Origin: Tubulanus polymorphus
Taxonomy: Eukaryota; Animalia; Nemertea
Direction: 5' to 3'
DNA: 64,000 nucleotides
Assembly (NCBI RefSeq): GCF_964204645.1
Contig: NC_134030.1
Location: 22,838,210 to 22,902,209 of the forward strand
Position 1 is the first letter of the stretch. Each line of letters starts with the position of its first letter. Positions 51,301-64,000 of this stretch are shown here, piece after piece. The notes beneath the pieces were generated by a model that was not told where the DNA came from, did not search any database, and saw only the letters and a program-made list of their open reading frames with translations. The position numbers and the translations under genes were made by a program.

Positions 51301-52624
51301 CGTTAGGGTTTTATTGTTATTATAGACGCCGACTTTGTTTCCTTGTGTTTAAGTTAAAATGTACAGTTTTCGTCTGTTCGCTAGTAGATATAGCTCCCAG
51401 AATGTAAATAACTTTGGGTGAAATACAGTAAACTCTTGTCGTCTCTTACTGCGGTAAAATTGAGACTGGTAAAATTCAACCCCGAGTTGGTGTCAAATAC
51501 TGAGTAAGAGTTTGTGAAATACAGTAGACTCTGTCTCTTACTGCGGTAAAGTTTAGACCGGTAAAATTCTACCCCGAGTTTGTGTCAAATATTGAGTAAG
51601 AGTTTGTGAGATACAGTAGACTCTGTCTCTTACTGCGGTAAAGTTGAGACCGGTAAAATTCTACCCGGAGTTGGTGTCAAATACTGAGTAAGAGTTTGTG
51701 AAATACAGTAGACTCTGTCTCTTACTGCGGTAAAGTTGAGACCGGTAAAATTCTACCCCGAGTTGGTGTCAAATACTGAGTAAGAGTTTGTGAAATACAG
51801 TAGACTCTGTCTCTTACTGCGGTTAAGTTAAGACTAGTAAAATTCTAAAGTCTTTTCTCAGTTAAACTTACTCAGGTCTGAAGCTGAAGATGCTACTGAT
51901 TTGATGAGGTTGAGGAGTATAATTAGGCGCTGAGACGGGTCGCCGGTGCGGCTGTGGTGCTGAGACGGGTCGCCGGTTTCTCTCGTATAGATTGTAGTTT
52001 TTCGGGTCCAGTGGGTTAGGAGGCAGTTCTCTGGCTGTTGCCGGGCGATGTTGATGATGATGATGATGATGATGCATATGATGAGTAGGTGATGATGTTT
52101 TCATTCTGATGTTTTCTTCACTCGAGACAGTTTTGTCAACTCCATTCGGTGCCGAATCGTAATTACAAAATTCCGTATATCTGAAATTGCAATGAATCAA
52201 AAAATCAAAAAAATTAAGAAAAAAAAAACTTTTTTCAAAAATGGTGAAAACGATAAACTTACGGGGTTTGGAGCAGTTGATTTCTTATTCCCGACGAAAC
52301 GTAGGCCACATCCGTGTTATCGCCATACCCGTTACGCAGCGACGAGTCCTTGTTATAGCCGTAGCTATTTTTCAACGCAGCATGCGAAAAATCAAAACAT
52401 CCGTCGTCCGCATAATCAATATACTCGTCCGAATCTAAGTCCACCTGGAGGCCCACGTTTTCCAATGATCCTCGACTACCGGAGTACGTCTCGTAGGAGA
52501 AACCCTTATTCGGATCCTCGAAATCGTCTTTAGTTTTGTACTCCCAGTCGCGGTAAGGCACCAGATTTAACCTTGACCTGAGAGTCTCTTCGTAACCTTC
52601 CGGATCTTCGACGAGCGGCTTCAT
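45330..52624 (-). CDS. C7orf31: C7orf31/SPMIP4-like ciliary microtubule inner protein, long isoform A
   Basis: Shared exons give DIPIQQSYDLTKLKRSNLRTSDQLLPDP..RPFPAEHPYTSHIPRVAMFP..KRALTWP..QQFYPTP..LRNVERSHWKTTY..GHGPSNPL.LDNY..FDPPRPVEGRI and C-terminal PRPQTSLLKIQDSFSKS.AHRKFH..PDLRENIIKGRQHEFNG. These match remembered C7orf31 motifs. N-terminal exons 52624-52263 and 52180-51872 join in phase 2 at 48934. Confidence 0.82.
50128..50491 (-). repeat. 92-nt repeat family array, reverse orientation
   Basis: Reverse complement of the 41031 and 51418 units. Confidence 0.92.
50798..50925 (-). CDS. Alternative first coding exon (isoform B) of the C7orf31-like gene
   Basis: ATG at 50925 gives MTSLKLFPPIEKSTKIPEEWGTGKLKDKNENIWAPKAATFTY-R. 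The CAG|GTAAGA donor is phase 2, compatible with the exon at 48934. Confidence 0.65.
51418..51847 (+). repeat. 92-nt repeat family array, forward orientation
   Basis: About 4.7 copies, ending about 25 nt from the isoform A donor at 51872. Confidence 0.92.
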
Positions 52625-55600
52625 CGCGAATCAATAAAATTTACAACGATCTTATCTGCATCTCATTTGCATAAAATAGAAACGACTGTACGACGACATT
52701 CAAAATCTAGAAAGAGAATAAGGTGTCTCTGAAACTGAAATGTTTATTAACGTTAAGCATTTTCGCGGTTATTTATTTCAGTTCAAATACCTCCAAATAC
52801 TGGTTAGATATATAGAATTATATCATTCGATTGTATTGAGATTTCATTGAGGTTTACGCAGATATATTATGTAAACCGCTTATACAAATAACAACACCGC
52901 TTGAACTGAAGATTATTTGGATTTAATGGAAAAACTTGTTCTCTCACGAGGCCGAACGTAGTTCAACCTATATTTATAAACACGTGTAAACCTATAGAAC
53001 ATAGTGAAATATGAGTCATTGGAGACACGAATCTTAAAGACAGATTTACAGATTTTACGTTTGAACACGAAACCGATATCCGTCGTTTTTTGTTTGTTTG
53101 CCAAATGCCTCTGTAAATTTGTTTTTGAATTGGTGAATCGAACGACATCGGATGGACGGGTTAGACTTTTTTGAAATTTTAATTGAGTTGATTTGGTGGA
53201 ATTTCAACCGTTAACTAAAATTAAGAAAATGAATTTACTCGAAATGTTTAATTACGTAAAATTTTGCCTCTGAATTTGACTTCGGGGTCAAATACCGAGT
53301 GAGAATCCAAGAAACACTGAATAATGACTAAAGGCTTTTAATAAAGGAACTTCGTGTCAACTGATATTCGGTACCCCCTGTGGGTAAATACCGGTGGATT
53401 TCTTTTCATGATTTTAATAGAATTATTTTACTTGCATTGCATGGATAGAATTTGTCCTTAGATTTCAGTCAGGAATGCGCGAAACTATAACGAGAATAAA
53501 ATGAGAATATTTGCTTAAAACTATAAAAAAAACACCAGTTTCATGAACTATTATAAATTATCATAACATTTGCATAACTAATCATTGATTTGTTAATACA
53601 ACGTCGTTGAATTTTCGGTTGCTACGATCTTAGGCAGTTGACAGTTTTAAAGTTGGGACATTTCTAATATCGTTAATCAGAAATATAGCTCAACAGTTGG
53701 GCCGAAATCAGAGAGTATTAAGACTGATCTTCAGTTGATTAAAATCACTAAAAGTTCGAAAACGTTAAATTACGAAACAGTTGTATTGTTTGATATAAAG
53801 TCGATTTGTTGCTGACTTTTGTTGTCGTGGTCTTTACTGAAATCAAGCGTCGGAATGAAATATAAAGCAGGAAATTTAACACTATTCATATGAATGAGAC
53901 ATAAAAATGTTTCTGTTCGTTGTCTTTTGAAGAATGAATCAGAATTTCCTTGCCGTGAATTTTTACTATTATTGAACTATAAAGAAATGTATGATTAGAA
54001 GAAATGTATGAATCTATGCCGAGTCAGTTCCACAGGGGCTAAAATTTCAATCTTCGAGTTAAAGCAATTTAAAAATAAGACTATCTTACAGAGAATTCCT
54101 TATAGTTTGAAAAAAAGAAATTCTCAAACTCTAATAGCTCACCATTAACAAAATCGTGAATTCTAATACCGCCGCAAGTCAGCTATGACTTTACAATTTC
54201 ACTGACATTGCGCAATACATCCTGAACGTGCTTCACGATAAATCCTAGGCCGAAAGATTTCTCGATTAAAGAAGTATTCAAAAATTGTATTGACAAATTT
54301 ATCCAAAAAGTAACACAGGCCCGTTTCAAAATATAACATTCATTTCGCTGCAGTTTTTGTTTGGTTTAAACGAAATTTCGGGTTAAGACATACCTGACTA
54401 ATGAAAAGAAAATCCGACTAGAACTTATTGCGGAAATCCCTACTCTCTCTCTGCCAGAGACCGGGTCGTGGCATGTGAATTAGAAACACTTACAATTTCC
54501 CTCTTACAATAACAGAATTTTTATCAGTCACGTGTCACTCGTTTAAGACGGGTAAATATTTTCTATAAGACGTGTTTATTAGGTGGCTCATAGGGCGACC
54601 GTACCACTGCGAGTGGGGTGTATTTCCTATACGCGGTGTACTGTTCTGATTGAATCGATTTTATTGATCGAAAGGTTGGTGTCGTCTGTTTCTAGGATAT
54701 TGTGTACGATAACGAGGCTTTGTCAGCCGATAATCCGACCGAAAGTAAACACTATTATTAATTATTACTTCCGTATAATAAAGTTATTTATTCCAAGTGA
54801 TCGAAGGGTTAAAATTCCTCCGGTAAAATACAGTTTTTTTCTGAAATCGATTTATGAGTACGTCATTTTCATAAAATTCTAATATAGCCGCGAGGCAGTT
54901 ACAACGGATTTTCAGTGCGAGGCGATGTGTTCCGAAAATCCAAAAATCATTAACAGATAGCAAACCGAAAGGTCTCAAAATTCTTAATTGCTGATCTACG
55001 TTTAATGAGGGGTATGGATGGAGTGTTGAGGGTTAGGGTTTTAATTCAAATTTATGAGCCGTTAATAACTGATATCCATCACCGTGTGGATAAAACGTCC
55101 CTGATATTCGTAGTCTGATTGATGTCGGAATATAAAGATTCAAAATTCAAATTGATTAACCGTTAACCGTAAATAGCGCTGATCTTCTGTTTGTTAAACA
55201 TCGCTGAAATTAGTAACAATAACTAGATTATGTCAGAATTCGAAATTCAAATTTATCAACCGTTGATAACTGATTACCTCGTGTGTAAAACGTCACTGAA
55301 ATCTGTCGTACGTCCTCTAGTAAATAAATCACAGCCACGATCTCTGAATTAAGGGGGCGGTATTTGAGTTTACAGTTGGTCAGTGAATTACAATAACTTC
55401 TTCATTTAACGCTGAATGTTTAAGTAAATATCGCAATTATGTAGACTATAATGAAAACGATTTTCACTGGAACCTAAGTAGAATACTAATTGATCTAAAC
55501 ACAAGTAACGTCTAAATATTTTCTCATTCTGCTAACTATATATTATATTTACAAATTCTAAAAATTTATAACAAAAATCTATTGAAATTAAAAGACTTTT

Positions 55601-56980
55601 TAAGCCTATTTAAATTTTGATTTGTTGATAAATTAACCAAGAGATTTGATAATGATTTGATTTTAAAGAGATTTGATAATGATGAATAGATTTCGATTTT
55701 AATCTTTAAGATTCTTATTCAATCTTCTAGATTTTAATTAATTAAGTGAGTTTTATTTTTCCCAAGTCTGAGTGTATTCTGCCAGTGCATAGATTAATAG
55801 TTTATGTTAGAGAATCTCTGGATCACAACTTACCGTGAAATCAAAAGTTGAATCTAAACTCCGGGTTCTAGTTCTGTAAAAAATCTCAGTCGATTTGGAA
55901 ATAATACAGTTGTTTGAGATGTGAACATGTGCCAAAACTATATCTGTCTCCTGCCAATCATAACTATGTTTATTCTGCTAATATTAACAACCGAACTTTA
56001 AAGTTTGTGGTTTAAACAGAGAAACGTCTTTTATTCCAGTTACTATTCATATATATAGAACCACTGAAAAGCATTTCACAATACAAATAATTCTGTGGTT
56101 TGCTTGTGTGGAAAAAACACCGGCCTCTAGTCTGGCGGGTTTGATCCTTTGTGGGTCGACTTTCTATTTCATGAATCCAGTAATTGATTTATACATTATG
56201 GGCCTGATATCGTGAACAAATTACTGATTGGCCCGGTATTGGGCGGAAAATTCCAGAGACAGCACCGAAACTACTGGATATTTTTTTTTACAGATTTTAA
56301 AGACTGTTTCATGGTAATGTAGTTTATCATAATTAGGGGCCACGGTGTTCCATTTTATCCTTAAGAAATATATATATGTATATATACTTATGTATATATA
56401 TATGTACATACATATTCCAGCTATTTCAATCTATATTGAAAAAAAATTAGTAATCCGGCGCTATCATTTTAGTTTACATAAATTCCGCTACCGTTATTCA
56501 TAGGGGCAGCACTGAACGGTTGATATCTAACACAACCTCGCTACTCTACTGTGGCATGCGAGGAGTACATATATTTTTCTCAGTCAAATTTCATACATCC
56601 TTCAATACTTGTTTGTTAAAAATAATAATCGTGTCATTTCAAAAGCTTTATGCGAGAAGAAATTGCTTTGTAAAATGACTTTAATGCCATTTTTAAGAAA
56701 ACTCTTTGTGCAGCGAATGTTTTAGCACCCGGTAAAGCGGCGGCGTAGTGATAATGTACACATGCCACAGAAAGCTTTTGTAACAAATTAAATTTTATTC
56801 ATAGCATTGTGCATAACGTTGAATATATTAATCACCATTCTTTTTATACAGATAATTATGACGGTTCTGCGGTGCTGATAGATTAGCAATTTGAATAAGA
56901 CTGGATAGGGTTTAAAAAGATGTTATAAGACCCGAGTTTTTATAGGGATTCGAACCCGATCCTGCCGGCAGTGTCACACA

Positions 56981-57004
56981 GTCATGTGACAGTAATCACA
57001 TGAC
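56981..57004. promoter_or_regulatory. Paired M-box/CLEAR motifs upstream of ATP6V1A
   Basis: GTCATGTGAC (56981-56990) and TCACATGAC (56996-57004), 14-37 nt before the ATG. Confidence 0.6.
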
Positions 57005-57017
57005 TTACTGATCGACC

Positions 57018-63306
<6,289 letters not shown>

Positions 63307-64000
63307 ATAATTAGCGAACACTGGTAACCAGTCCAAACATCGAAGACCAGTCTATCCATTGCAGTCGCTGGAAACCAGTCCAAACGTTGGACAGCAGACT
63401 ATCATTCACACTGGAAACCAGTCCAAAAGTTATAAAACTAGTCAGCTTTACGCGTGTTTGAACAAAATCTTCAAATATAGAAACACAATAGAATACATAG
63501 TTTTAGTGGATTCTGTATCAATTTATTATATATATATGTGTATAATGTGTATCATACTGTATGTATCAGGATACCGTATCATGCAATGTATCATATACAA
63601 AACGACCAGAATTATATCATGTATTTCGGGGGTTTGAAGTTTGCTGGAATTTCATACGAATGACTTCTGAATGAATTTTGGCGTTAGCAATAAAATCGAT
63701 GTGTTTATTTCATGCGTTGTGGATTTGCGTATCGAGTTTAAACTGAGTTTAAACCGAGTTTAAACTCGGGTCTACTGTATTTATTCAATGTCTGTAAATA
63801 TATAAGATTATTATGCGAATTTAGTAAATATATAGTGTGTTACGAAATAAGTGTTCTTCGTATTAGACCTAAACATTGGAAATAGAAGCTGACATTAATT
63901 ATTGATTATTGCAGTTGGAAACATGTGTGATAGTGGTTAGTTTTAATGGACTGGGTTTTCAATCTCTAGACTCGTACTAAGATAAATAAAAGGTATTTTA

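Noticed and set aside
52913-53148. Possible third coding first exon of the C7orf31-like gene
   Set aside because: The ATG-initiated frame ends in phase 1 at a weak GTTTAC donor, and the phase-2 frame has no proper upstream ATG start. Evidence is insufficient.

Overview
Eukaryotic, intron-rich, AT-rich animal DNA. It is probably a marine invertebrate such as a lophotrochozoan, but that is an inference. Five genes can be spliced by hand: an HPS6 (BLOC-2) homologue (+, 336-9711), aspartyl aminopeptidase DNPEP (+, 10348-16739), FBXL20/FBXL2 (-, 20368-25508), a C7orf31/SPMIP4-like ciliary protein with two alternative N-termini (-, 45330-52624) and V-ATPase catalytic subunit A (+, 57018-63306), which carries a U12-type intron. 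The gene-poor 26-44 kb interval holds an orphan 76-aa secreted prepropeptide gene with dibasic cleavage sites (-, 30488-30953). Several candidate non-coding 5' exons lie up to 12 kb upstream of it, along with a CRE minisatellite. A tandem array of minimal hammerhead ribozyme motifs (40142-40406) lies in its putative first intron, in sense orientation. Further Penelope-type hammerhead motifs occur at 6639-6672 and as an inverted pair at 14681-14921. Introns are full of minisatellites and non-autonomous DNA transposons (Harbinger-like and Mutator-like), and several satellites appear to be amplified MITE parts. Most short ORFs in the supplied track are repeat or antisense artefacts.
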